Shown here: piece after piece, positions 22,124 through 33,383 of the stretch
Layout: every line of letters starts with the position of its first letter
How positions within the stretch are numbered: the stretch's first letter is position 1
Origin: Nemertoderma westbladi
Taxonomy: Eukaryota > Animalia > Xenacoelomorpha
Direction of reading: 5' to 3'
Assembly: GCA_032718475.1 (NCBI GenBank)
Contig: JAUCBJ010002426.1
Span: forward strand, 1 to 64,000
DNA: 64,000 bases
The notes under the pieces: generated by a model
What the model saw: only the letters and a program-made list of their open reading frames with translations
What the model was told of the DNA's origin: nothing
Databases searched by the model: none
Made by a program: the position numbers and the translations under genes

Positions 22124-23901
22124 ATGAATAGGCTTATTACAACGAATGTATTCGCTTTGATGATGTTATCAAGTTTAGTCAATTCACAATTCGTACCTTC
22201 ATTTCACCCAATAAATCTGTTTCAAAATCAAGAAAATAACAACATTGTAATACGTTGGTTGGACCAGGATTATACTGGCGGTGCCAGTTTTCAGGTGAGA
22301 CGGGCATAATATGCTGTGACACCGGTACAACAGTACTGTACGTGTACATGCGTATCTCTTACCTAATATTGTGTGGGGCGAGCGACGAAAGTAAGCGAGC
22401 TTAGCATACAGGTACCACTAACTCAATCGGGGTGTGTCTGTTTTTCTGTTGATCTGTGGTTCTGTTGATCTGTTGTGTCCAATTTTAAACGTTAATAACT
22501 CAGCCAAATGTTAATGAAATTTAACCAAACTTGGTACACATGTAGTCTGGCCAAAGTTTAGAAATTTTCCAAGTTGAATTTCCGCGCGGTCTTCGAGAAT
22601 CTAAGATAATAACAGTTAATTAGTTAATTAAGTTGATTAGGGTAAAAACAGCAACTTCAACCTGCCTCCTTAAAGGATATTAATTATTTTCTAGAATAAG
22701 ATTTAAATAATTTTACTTAAAGATTATACAGCTGTAATCCCCATACACCATTCCATTGTAGTTTTTAATTAGTTCAAGAGATTTGCTTTAAAAAATGTGT
22801 TTTTAATTGATCTAAACGTAATTAAGTTAAAATGCTTTCCATCACTCTATACTTCCAGTCTCAACATTCCTTGGCATTCTTGATATTGCCTGATTAAATG
22901 GGAAACATTCCAATCATCCTCCCACTGAGCTTTCTCTATCTTGCACAATGATCGGCTTAATTTAATGGTGATTCTTTAGATATTAGCTAAATTATTTCGT
23001 TGAGGCATTGACATGATAAATTAATATTTCAGTATCAATACTATCAATACTAAGGTAAGTTTTAATAATTTTTACAAATTGGGTTGCCTCCGCACATAAA
23101 AATATATTTCTTTTAAAACACTAATTTCCTGTTAATACCTCTGCCTTTCATTGATCCTTTGTGCTCCTTTGCGGTTGGGTTGGTGCAGATTAAGAGGGCG
23201 GTTGAAGCAAGGGGGGAACTTTCCTCTCTTCTTTGATTTATTCTTATAGGCGGTTTGATTAAATTTCTTATTTATTTATTTAAATTTCTTAAGTACCGAT
23301 TTTGGGATAGAATTGCTCAATTTTAATCTGTATCTGTTCACTGAGCCTCGTCCTGCGCGAAGGCCCACGAACGTGTTATTCATGTCATTCAGATTGAGTA
23401 TATAAGTCAATAACAAAAATATTGTATTATTATTATTATCATTATTATCCTTGTAGGAGTACTTGGACAATGTTCGTATTAGTACCGAGTTTAGAAAAGG
23501 CGATGGAAGTTGGTTGGTTGCTTTTCGATACAAACCAAGACGGAGAGTTGTCTTTAGACGAAACGAATTCGACGATTCAGCGGGATATCAGCAATCTCTT
23601 AATCTTGGCGGGGGATAACATTTTCGCCATAATAGATGTTGATGGCGACGGAGAGATTACAGAGAATGAATTCGTAAATGATGCAGGAGGAAGATACATC
23701 AACAGGGGAAACTCCGCAGCCTCGAATATAATCCGAGGTATATTGAGTAGGGCAGATGACAACCACAATCGGAGTCTAGACATTAATGAGTATCGCAGTT
23801 ATATTAACAAACTTCGTTGCTTCCTACATCCAACCGTAAGGCTCGATGATTGTCCGAGTCTAGACGGGACATCGTGGTCTCACCAGAGAGCTCCTATGTA
23901 A
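22124..23901 (+). CDS. Secreted multi-EF-hand Ca2+-binding protein, 2 exons (22124-22294, 23457-23901), apparent 1-nt frameshift near 23465
   Basis: Hydrophobic N-terminus; EF loop DQDYTGGASFQ|E spans the GT-AG intron; further loops DTNQDGELSLDE, DVDGDGEITENE, DDNHNRSLDINE; AATAAA near 24003. Confidence 0.75.
22370..23096. mobile_element. Non-autonomous Helentron/DINE-1-like element in the EF-hand intron
   Basis: Imperfect inverted ends tgtgtggggcgagc / gttgcctccgcaca, a gcgagc..gcgagc motif and ctgt microrepeats; related sequence in inverted orientation at ~57120-57165. Confidence 0.4.
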
Positions 23902-23906
23902 GCTCC

Positions 23907-23993
23907 ATTACTTTTTCACTGAAGACTGCCGGTAGGTCAAAATAGCAAAATTTGCTATTTTGACCTACCGGCAGTCTTCAGTGAAAAAGTAAT
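23907..23993. repeat. Perfect 43-bp inverted repeat with 1-nt spacer
   Basis: attactttttcactgaagactgccggtaggtcaaaatagcaaa-a-tttgctattttgacctaccggcagtcttcagtgaaaaagtaat. Confidence 0.95.
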
Positions 23994-24349
23994 AATGAAA
24001 TCAATAAAACTTTATATCCCGGTGGGCTTTCTCTTATCGGATAATATTATTATATATAATTATAGGATAATCTTTGTTTTATAAATAAAACCGGCGGGGT
24101 AGACCCTTAAAGCCTTAACTAAAACTTATATAATCTTTCCGATATAATATGCGGTACCTAAATGTAACATAAATAATATGAAGCCACACATTCACCCAAA
24201 ATACCAATAATATAACATGATACAGTAGGCTACAATACAATGTACAGTATGAAGGTACAGTTATTGTACAGTAATGTACACAGTATACGGTACTGTTAAT
24301 TAGTTCAACACTGATTGAAATAGCGCTTTCTTTTATATGTAATAAAGGG

Positions 24350-24631
24350 TTACCAATGCATTAGATCGAGAGATATTTTATTCATATCTTCCTGCGAAAT
24401 ACCCCATTCTAACATGGCAGCTCGTAGATCGCTTACCGAATCCCATTCCTTTGATAAACACATTGTTTGAGCAATGTGGTCATAACCCATCAAATGGCAA
24501 ATGCACAAACAATAACTGGCAATGCAGTTATCCAAATCCGTTACCAACAGCAAGCTCAATTGAATACTCATTGGAGAATCCGGTGACATTGAATTTGAAT
24601 AGGCTTCTTTACATTGTGTAAACTCATCGCA
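24350..24631 (-). CDS. Exon 2 of secreted cysteine-rich protein, copy B
   Basis: Same tcaatAG|TGCGA acceptor as copy A; CDEFTQCKEA...NCIASYCLCICHLMGYD...LMHW*; downstream flank similar to ~360-470. Confidence 0.78.
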   Translation of the reverse strand, partial: CDEFTQCKEAYSNSMSPDSPMSIQLSLLLVTDLDNCIASYCLCICHLMGYDHIAQTMCLSKEWDSVSDLRAAMLEWGISQEDMNKISLDLMHW

Positions 24632-24783
24632 CTATTGAAAAATAATTATTTTCATTATAATCTTAATGCGCCAACATATTAACTGTATTGATAGAAATAA
24701 CTAAATGTCCCAGGTTACAGATACTGTACTACAGTATTTAAAGTCAAATAAAATAAATTGGAGATGAGCTGTAGCAACTGTAA

Positions 24784-25023
24784 TTAAAGGTGTAATATTA
24801 TGGTTTTGTTCAGAAGTGGCAAAAATGAGAAAGCGCGTCACCGGGGGTTGAACCAGCGCTATACGTAGGCCTACGTTTCAGCCTATCAGGCCTCATCAGT
24901 AGCGCTAACCAGCTCAGCCACTAGCCCCTGACACTCAAACTCCCACCTAATCAAATCAACCCCCGGTGACGCACTTTCTCATTTTTTCCACTTCTGAACA
25001 AAACCATAATATCACACCTTTAA
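24784..25023. mobile_element. Short hammerhead-bearing element with ~68-bp inverted arms (Penelope-like pLTR or retrozyme remnant)
   Basis: Arms 24784-24851 and 24956-25023 are near-perfect reverse complements enclosing a hammerhead. Confidence 0.65.
24855..24906 (-). ncRNA. Type I hammerhead ribozyme
   Basis: AGCGCTA-CTGATGA-GGCCT-GAT-AGGCT-GAA-ACGTAGGCCTACGT-A-TAGCGCT: full catalytic core, stems I/II/III, GUA cleavage triplet, palindromic stem III. Confidence 0.88.
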
Positions 25024-25325
25024 AGTTAAAATCCTGATCGGAATGTGTGATTATTTTATTTTATTGCTAAAATTTGCCTTTATTACCAAATTAGGGGGGA
25101 AGTTAGCGTTCTCCTTTATGGGATATAAAGTTTTTAAACATAAATACATTGGATTTACTTTTACCACTGCTATCCCTTAAATCACTCAACAATTCAAGCG
25201 TAATGGTACTTTCGTCATAGGGGCAGGGGGTGAGAATATCGAAAGTACCTATCCGACTCCTTAAGTGCTCTTCTAGTAGAATATCCACCTCTCTTCCCAC
25301 TAGACCTCCGGTTTCGCTCAGGGAA

Positions 25326-26882
25326 CTACTACTACTACTACTACTACTATTATACTACTACTAGTATCGGCATGCTCGGGGTAGTACTACTACTACTACT
25401 ATACTATACTACTAGTACACTATACTATACTATACTACTAGTCTAGTATACTACTACTAGTATCGGGATACTACTACTACTAGTATCGGCATGCTGCATT
25501 GCAGCTGCATTTTTAAAAATGCTGTGCCGGCTTGTCGACAAAATTTCGCGCCACAACTCCCTATCACCCATGACATTTGCTAGATCATCCGCATCTTCAA
25601 GGCCAGTGTCCTTTAAGATGCGTCTCAAGAAAGTCATGGGCTGTCCACCATGCTTATTCACTCCATGAGGCTGCCAAAGTATAAGATTATGCACTGGCTG
25701 GTCCTCACGGCGAAAGCAATGTCCTGCAAAGCGGAGGCGATTTTGTTCTAGTGTCAAGCTTGGGGGAACCAATGAGACACCTCCAATGTTATATAGTGTC
25801 TGGTTGGAGATGTGTGCATTGTACTTAACACAATGAACCTGGCGTAGCATTCTTGTGAATGTGCCATCCAGAGATTTGGTGTCCTCAGCAGTTAGAGCCC
25901 AGCATGGACTCCCATAGAGGAGTACTGGAACTACTTCTGCTCTAAATAATCGGACCTTAAGTTTCCGATTAATTCTCGGTGACTTCCAAATCCTGGAAAG
26001 CCTATTCAAGGCTGCCCATGCCTTTCCCTTACGTATTCGAAGGTCCTCACCTGACTTCCGGATCCATGATCCCAGGTAACAGAAGTCATCCACATGCTCA
26101 AGCATACCATCCTTTGAGCTTATGCTCATCCGATGCTGAGAACTTTCAAAGTTAACTGTCAAAATTTTGGTTTTTCTGGAGTTAATAAAAAGACCAACAC
26201 TAGAAGCAGCATGTTCTAATGAGCTGAGGAGCCGTTGGGCTTCCTCTAGTGATTCTGAGAGTACTCCTAAGTCATCAGCAAAAGTCTAGATCAGTTAGGT
26301 ACTTGGCAGGATTTCCAGGAACTGGCACCAACTTATTTGTTTTCATTTCTTGTGGGAATCTTGTTGTTCGGTACATGTCTACTATGATGGGATAGATGAG
26401 CTTTAAACACTCAGGTATTTTAAAGACCTCAGGGGGAACACCATCTACTCCACTGGCACGATTGGTCTTAATGTTCTTTGCAGCAGCCTTCACTTCTGCA
26501 AAGGAGATATCGCCAATGGGAATATCTGGGAGTACAGACTCAGACACTTTTACTTCTATAAAGTTATCAGGCAATACCCTGTCATTATTGAGGAGCTTTT
26601 CAAAGTTGGCCTTCCAACCATTGAGGCGATCGGCTGGTGATTCAGACTTAACCTTGGTGGTTGGTTGGCTTTTCCGCCCAGTAAGCAAGATGATCGATTT
26701 CCATGCCTGGGATGATTTCCTGCTGTCGTCGGCATCATTGATGGCATCAACCTGTTGGTTTATTAGCTCCTGTAGATTAACAGAGTACTGCCTGTTCAGG
26801 GACCTAGATGCAGCCTTAACTGCATTCTTGGCCGCTGTAGTCTGTTTGAGTCGGGACTCTTTCTGCGCCTTATATAGGTCAT
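25326..26882 (-). mobile_element. RTE-like LINE, 3' part (internally deleted RT, thumb region, (TAG)n tail)
   Basis: ASGVDGVPPE, LVPVP joined directly to YLTDLDF(ADD) with a frameshift, FCYLGS, RLRFAGHC; (act)n tail at 25326-25482. Confidence 0.85.
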
Positions 26883-28118
26883 TGTAAAAGCTTCTGTGGG
26901 ATATAACTGGCCCCTTTGCTTCGCAATCCAGTTTCCCCCCAGGCGCTGGAATACTCTAAAAAGGTTCTCTAACTGTATATATATTCCCCTCGCCCGCAAG
27001 GTACCGTTATAGGTGTTTTAACGGACATAAAAGTCATTCTGCTATATACGTGTTTTGGCGGACATGGTAAGGCAAAAAACCTGCAATGCACCAAATACCT
27101 TTCACAGCTTAGCCGTGATGATTCATATTACGACATCTAACAGCTGGTTGCTGACATGGAAACAGCCATTGGACGCATGGTTCTTTGTTTGGCTTGAGCC
27201 AATCAGAGTGATTTTTTCTGTCGACGTATAGCTTTTCGGCCGATCATACTGAGAGTGTTCAGTCTTACTGTTTTTCTTGATATAGTTTTGTTGTTGCTAT
27301 CTAGGCCAGGAACAACGGCTCTAGAGTCAATTCGTTTTCAGACTTTAGAAGAAACATTAGTAGGCTTAAGATTATAGAGCGTATAACTGTTATCGGTCCA
27401 TATCAGTACATTGTCATATCATATCTTAACCTACCGTCTTAATGATTTGCTGTTGTTTGGTTGAATATTATTTGGAGAACATTTATAAAGAACCCAAATT
27501 TCCCAATTTTCTTGATACACTACAGGTTAGAGAGAAGGGTTATATATAGCGATTGCGACTTATATTATTGTGTTTGTAGTGAATTTAATGCTATTTGATA
27601 AGCACTACATGGTTCGTTGCTGTTCTCTTTATATATGATTAAATTCATTGACGGTCGGCAAATTAGTGAGCAGTATTGTGTGTTACCGGTAGTGTGCTTG
27701 ATTGTGACTGATAACTAAGCATTTCCTAAAGAATGCGCCTCATACGTGAATCATAAGCCTTACCGACTTACCGTTGTGATTAGTATAAGTCATATCTCTG
27801 TTTACCTAGATAGAGCGCCACGTCCTAAAGGAACTGTTAATATTTCCCGAAAGTGAATAATATTAGTCAGAAATTATTTATTAACGATCAATCGAATAAT
27901 ACAATACAGTAAGCTTACACTGCAATAATAATCTAAGCCCTCAGAATCCAGTCTCCCGGGTATATCCAGCGGGTGAATGGACGCGCACTAGGCTGGCTTC
28001 TGCTAATGTTGTGTTTATTGGTATTAAATATTTGTCATCTTCTAAAGTCTATTTATAAACCAAAAGACATATAAATTTTGGCAGGTTAAACTGCTAAAGG
28101 TCTTCAAAAGCGCGTACA
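26883..28118 (+). repeat. E2 5' LTR
   Basis: Near-identical to 45474-46709; TG...CA; CCAAT near 27200. Confidence 0.95.
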
Positions 28119-28129
28119 ATAACAGTTAT
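28119..28129 (+). other. E2 non-tRNA PBS ATAACAGTTAT
   Basis: Abuts the LTR; complement ATAACTGTTAT at 27383-27393; followed by hairpin actttattgc-agtaa-gcaataaagt. Confidence 0.7.
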
Positions 28130-28451
28130 TGACTTTATTGCAGTAAGCAATAAAGTTGAAAGTACCGGTCAAACCGGTAAACCTGAACCGGTACTTCTGT
28201 AGGTCAGTAGGCCCAACTGCCAGAACCGGTACTGCTGTAGGTCCGTAGGTCCAACTGTCAGAACCGGTACTTCTGTAGGTCTGTAGGCCCAACTGTCCTA
28301 ACCGGTACTTCCAGTATAAGTACATTAGTATTATTCGATTTTGATTATTGTATACCGGTAGGTCTTAGTATTTAATCAGGGACTGCAGCCCTGGTTTTTT
28401 ATTGAGATTTTTACTCATTTCTGTCAGTTTTATTTCCTAGTAAGTTAATAT

Positions 28452-28869
28452 TGTCCTGAGCAACGCAGCCCTATTACTATAGTCAGCTGGTATTTCAGGC
28501 GTATAACGCAGCCATTACACAATAACATACACCGTAGGAAAAACATGACCGAGTTTGCTAACTTCCGATAACATTTACATTTAATTCCTTCGTTACATTA
28601 ACATCGTATAATAAGCTGGTAAAAAACTTGTAAAGTTAGGCCACTGGTTCACAGCGCCCTGGGTACATTATGACAAATAATCCTGTAGTCCTAAGTGCTG
28701 CATTAATAAGCAGTAAGCTAGCTACATGCTATTGATGTTAGTACTGTACCGGTACATTAAGACAAGTCTGAAGTCATTATGTTACTGTAGTATGGCATTT
28801 ATCTGTATAACGTTTATGTCCGTTAATATAACTTATGTCCATTAATATATATAACTTATGTCCATAACA
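28452..28869 (-). repeat. E3 3' LTR (418 bp)
   Basis: Repeat of 35953-36427 lacking a 57-bp segment. Confidence 0.93.
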
Positions 28870-28907
28870 CTCCCCACTCGGCATCTGCCGCTTCCATAAT
28901 TTCAAGT

Positions 28908-31900
28908 CTATATGCGACCAGTGTTGAAATCATTAGATCCATTATTATATGCCGCCGCTGGGGAAACCTCGGGATCATGTGGGATGAGGAGAACCAACTC
29001 ATGTATAGGACGATCATAGCATGGTTTCTTTATTTCACCCTTAGCAGTTGATTTGGGTACTGCAATAGTTGCAGAGCGAACCAGGTTATCATCACCTTTC
29101 TTCACGGCAGTCACTCTCCCGGTTGGCCAGTTATTTCTATGTTTTGTTTTGTCTCGGATCAGAACAATATCTCCAATCATAATTGAACGTTTTGGATTTT
29201 TCCACTTCATCCGTCTCTGTAACAGTTGAAGGTAGTCATTGCGCCACCTTATCCAGAATTGATCAACCAGATACTGTACTCGTCTCCAACGATATTTCCC
29301 ATAGGCCAGCTGATCTTGATCGGAGAAACAAGTTGTAGAGATGGAATCATCCTTCAAAGTCAATATCATATTGGGAGACAATGGTTGGGGGTCATCTGGA
29401 CTGGAAGAAACTTCCCATAATGGGGTAGAGTTTACTACTGCAGCGCTTTCAACAATTACAGTATGTAGCTCATCGTATGTCAATAATCGTGGTTCAGAGA
29501 GTAAGATTGTGGCGTCAAGGACACGCCTTATGCAACCAATCTTGCGCTCCCAAACTCCACCAAAATGGCTGGAGTGTGGAGGGTTGAAATTCCAATCAAT
29601 ACCAATTGAGTTGAGATCTTTTATAACTGCATCGATATCAACTTCATTGTCATCTTGGTTGTGAGCACCAATGAAATTGGAGCCTTGATCACTACGGAGG
29701 AGGACACAAGCTCCCCTGATGGCTAGGAACCTATGAAAAGCATTCTTAAATGCTGTTGTGTCTAAAGCTGGAAGGAGCTCAACATGAACTGCCCGTGATA
29801 CTAGGCAAGTTAAGAGAAGCGCCCATATCTTTCTGATACCTGTGTTACTTCGAGTAGTGCGCCCATTTGCAACCTTCCATGGCCCAAAAACATCAATGCC
29901 AGTATTGGTGAAGGGAGCAACACGAGAGACTCGATCTAATGGGAGGTTGGCCATCTTCTGTACACAAAAGGACCCTCTAAGTTTCTTACAAATGATACAA
30001 CTCTTTATTATTTCTCTTATAAGTTTATTACCATCTTCAATATGAAAACCATTTTGACGAATCATCCCATGAGTAATATGTCGGCCCTGGTGAAAGACTC
30101 TGGTATGGTAGTATGTCACGATTACTCCAGCTATTGGATGATCTTTAGGTATGAGGTAAGGGTGTCTGGAGTCGAATGGGACATCAGAGTTCTTTAACCT
30201 ACCTCCAACCAGTAATGTCTTAGATCCATTAAGAAAAGGGGACAACTCCAGAATTTTACTGGATTCTGCTATAGTTGATCCAGTTGATAAATGTTTTATC
30301 AGTTCTGGGTAACTCTGATATTGTGCATCATGCACTAGAGCATTGACAGCATCACTATCGCCGATGGTTTGAGAATTGTTATTACCTTCTGCTATTTTCT
30401 TAGTCATTAGTTTACATGCCATTAGTACATACTTGGCCACATTGATCACAGTCTTCCATTCGCTGAAACGTTTATAGACATTGTCAAAAATTCCTTGGCG
30501 TTTGTGTGTAATCAATACTTTACCAACCTCTATTAATGGTTTGCACTCTGGTAAATCATCAACGTCTATAGCAGTATAAGGATATGGAATTTTTGTAGGA
30601 TACCTTGCAGACTTCAACACTCTTGGACCTGTCAACCATGTATTCTTCGGATCAGTTAATGACTTTGGATCAGTGGGTCGTGTAGCTCTATCGGCAGGGT
30701 TATCGCCAGTTGGGACATATTCCCATTGTGTAGGCAAGCTAGAGTTTCGTATTATATGTGATCGACGCTCGACATATTTGGAGAACCTCTTGCTATTGTT
30801 GTTTATATACCCTAAAACGACTCGGCTATCGGTATAGTACCAACTATTGCATGGTTTTTTCTTTAATGCAGAAATAACTGAATATACAGCCATTACCAGT
30901 TCAACAGCTGCACAAAGTTCTAAACGAGGCATGGAAGTGGCTGACTGTGGAGCTACCTTGGCATTTCCTGAAACAAAAGAGATAGAGATTTGATCATCTT
31001 CGTTGAATGATCTCAGGTATATCACATATCCAATAGCATCTTCAGATGCATCGGAATAGGCATGTATTTCTTGTCTCACTATTTGTCCAAAACCTATAGG
31101 TCGAAAACCCCTTGGAATGGATAGGAGTGGTAATGATTCAAGTGTTTCCTTCCACCTCTCCCATTCAGGTCTGTAAAATGCTGGAAGCTCACCATCCCAG
31201 CCACAAGCTTCTAGTTCATTGGAGGTATCAGCTTTTTTTGGAATCACCTTCCGCTGAATAAGTCTTCCAGCCAATACAACTGGGCTTGCAATCCCTATTG
31301 GGTCAAATATAGAGTTGACTGTGGACAGAATCCCTCTCTTCGTGAAGGGTCGATCTGGTATATCTACTAAAATGACAAACCTATCTTTTAACACATTCCA
31401 TGCAACTCCAAGGGTTTTCTGATTAGCCTCATTTTCAAATGATTTCAACTCAACATGTTCAGAAACAGGGAATGCTTTCAAAACATTTGGATCACTGCAT
31501 GCCAATTTATGGAGATGTATATTAAACCTACCAAGTGTATTTATGGTGCCTTGTAATGTATCAATTGCTGATTTTGTTGAGTCTTCAGACCCAAGACCAT
31601 CATCCACATAAAAATGATCATTGATATAGTCTTTTACTGGTGGAGGAGTCTCTTCCGGCATAAGGTCAACAGTCTTTCTGAGACCAATTGTGGCAATAGT
31701 GGGACTTGGACTATTACCGAATATATGTACAGTGCTTCTATAAGCAACAATAGGTTGTGAAGGGTCATTGTGGTCAAACCAGAAGAATCTCATAAAATCT
31801 CTATGATGTGGAGTGACCTTGAAACAATGGAACATCGATTCCACATCAGCTGTGAAACCAATTTCACCCTCCCTGAACCGGATCAACACATCTCGTAATT

Positions 31901-33383
31901 GATTATTCTGGTCTGGCCCCTTTAGTAATTCTTTATTCAGGCTTGTGCCAAAATATGAAGCCGAGCTATCAAATACTACCCGAACTTTATCTTTTTTCGG
32001 TTGTGTAACAGCAAATACAGGAATGTACCATACCTTTCCTGGTATACCATGTAACTGTTCATTAGGAACCTTTTCAAACTTTCCGCTGTTAATGCATTTG
32101 CCCATCGATTTCAAACATTGGTTAAGCTTATTAGGATCAGTCTTGATTTTATTAAGCGTATTACTTGTTCGTTTAAAGACAGGATCATGATTATTTGGGA
32201 GATTTGGATTTTTTTGTCGAAATGGTAGTGGCAACTGAATACTGCCATCAGCAGTAACTTCTAAATTGGACAATATTCTGTCATCAAATATATAGTCTTC
32301 TATAGATTTACCATCACAATCATCATCTTTGAACATAGCAAACACATCATTACGAATGCTTTTGGTTTCCTTATCTTCTGGTAGTAAAATAGGACTTGCC
32401 ATTCCAAAGGTGAATGATGATGATTGATGTTGGTCAGAACAACGAAACTTTGCCAAGGTTTTGTTTACTATTTTATTTTTACTGATCTTGCCAATAGGAC
32501 AGGTTTCACCAACTAAAGCCCATCCAAGAGGCGTCTCATGAACTATAGGAGCCATGCTGTTATGTGTCTTTGTTTGCATCAAAGCTCCACAGTTTCTACC
32601 TAATAACATTAAAGTTTCAGCTTCTTCATCCAATGGCTGAAATTTGAAAGATAAATGTTTAATCTGAGGAAGAGATTCCACCAAAGAAGGAGAGGCTACT
32701 TCACTTTTCGTATCTGGAATCCAATCATTACTAAATAAGCATGGGAGATCATAGTCTGAGGACATTCCAACTCCATTTATTGTTAGCCCTTCTGCTACCA
32801 TACCACTAACCTTGCAATGATGACCACTGAGGGTAGATACTGTATAATCATAGATTGGGGAATGCAACTGAAGGAAGGAAAGCACCTTAGGGTCGATGTA
32901 AGAAGAGTCAGACTGCTCATCAACAATAGCATATACCCGCATTGTTTTCTCTGAAACCTTTGGTGCTTTAATGTCAACGAGGAATGTTTTACCACAGCTT
33001 CTGGCGCCCAAGCCACACAGTGCAGTGCATAATGCTGTCTGGTCCACATTTTCATCAGTCTTCACTCTATTAGATCCCTCACGTTGGTTCTCAGTTGCTG
33101 CTGGTGGATTTCTGTGCATTGCCGTGGTATGATTTTTCTTTTTGCACTTGCTGCATGTCATTGACCCTTTACAGTTAATACTAAGGTGTTCTCCGAGACA
33201 ACGATAGCATAACCTGCTTTGCTGTGCTAAATGTTTCCTTTCTGGATACGAAAGCCTCTCAAAGACTTTGCAATCAATTAGTGAATGACCTGTTTTGTTA
33301 CAATGTATACAAGAAATTGGTGATCTATTATTCTCAGACTTCAGCGAACGTTTGTTATCATGTATGTATAATGTATATATCAT
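28908..33383 (-). CDS. pol: E3 gag C-terminus and pol (knuckles-PR-RT-RNaseH-IN), 1491 aa
   Basis: CIHC/CYRC/CSKC knuckles, AIVDEQS, RVVFDSS, ADVESMF, FYVDD, FDPIG, YSDAS, PRLEL, GIDVFGP, SDQGSNF, GGVWERKI. Confidence 0.93.
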   Translation of the reverse strand: MIYTLYIHDNKRSLKSENNRSPISCIHCNKTGHSLIDCKVFERLSYPERKHLAQQSRLCYRCLGEHLSINCKGSMTCSKCKKKNHTTAMHRNPPAATENQREGSNRVKTDENVDQTALCTALCGLGARSCGKTFLVDIKAPKVSEKTMRVYAIVDEQSDSSYIDPKVLSFLQLHSPIYDYTVSTLSGHHCKVSGMVAEGLTINGVGMSSDYDLPCLFSNDWIPDTKSEVASPSLVESLPQIKHLSFKFQPLDEEAETLMLLGRNCGALMQTKTHNSMAPIVHETPLGWALVGETCPIGKISKNKIVNKTLAKFRCSDQHQSSSFTFGMASPILLPEDKETKSIRNDVFAMFKDDDCDGKSIEDYIFDDRILSNLEVTADGSIQLPLPFRQKNPNLPNNHDPVFKRTSNTLNKIKTDPNKLNQCLKSMGKCINSGKFEKVPNEQLHGIPGKVWYIPVFAVTQPKKDKVRVVFDSSASYFGTSLNKELLKGPDQNNQLRDVLIRFREGEIGFTADVESMFHCFKVTPHHRDFMRFFWFDHNDPSQPIVAYRSTVHIFGNSPSPTIATIGLRKTVDLMPEETPPPVKDYINDHFYVDDGLGSEDSTKSAIDTLQGTINTLGRFNIHLHKLACSDPNVLKAFPVSEHVELKSFENEANQKTLGVAWNVLKDRFVILVDIPDRPFTKRGILSTVNSIFDPIGIASPVVLAGRLIQRKVIPKKADTSNELEACGWDGELPAFYRPEWERWKETLESLPLLSIPRGFRPIGFGQIVRQEIHAYSDASEDAIGYVIYLRSFNEDDQISISFVSGNAKVAPQSATSMPRLELCAAVELVMAVYSVISALKKKPCNSWYYTDSRVVLGYINNNSKRFSKYVERRSHIIRNSSLPTQWEYVPTGDNPADRATRPTDPKSLTDPKNTWLTGPRVLKSARYPTKIPYPYTAIDVDDLPECKPLIEVGKVLITHKRQGIFDNVYKRFSEWKTVINVAKYVLMACKLMTKKIAEGNNNSQTIGDSDAVNALVHDAQYQSYPELIKHLSTGSTIAESSKILELSPFLNGSKTLLVGGRLKNSDVPFDSRHPYLIPKDHPIAGVIVTYYHTRVFHQGRHITHGMIRQNGFHIEDGNKLIREIIKSCIICKKLRGSFCVQKMANLPLDRVSRVAPFTNTGIDVFGPWKVANGRTTRSNTGIRKIWALLLTCLVSRAVHVELLPALDTTAFKNAFHRFLAIRGACVLLRSDQGSNFIGAHNQDDNEVDIDAVIKDLNSIGIDWNFNPPHSSHFGGVWERKIGCIRRVLDATILLSEPRLLTYDELHTVIVESAAVVNSTPLWEVSSSPDDPQPLSPNMILTLKDDSISTTCFSDQDQLAYGKYRWRRVQYLVDQFWIRWRNDYLQLLQRRMKWKNPKRSIMIGDIVLIRDKTKHRNNWPTGRVTAVKKGDDNLVRSATIAVPKSTAKGEIKKPCYDRPIHELVLLIPHDPEVSPAAAYNNGSNDFNTGRI

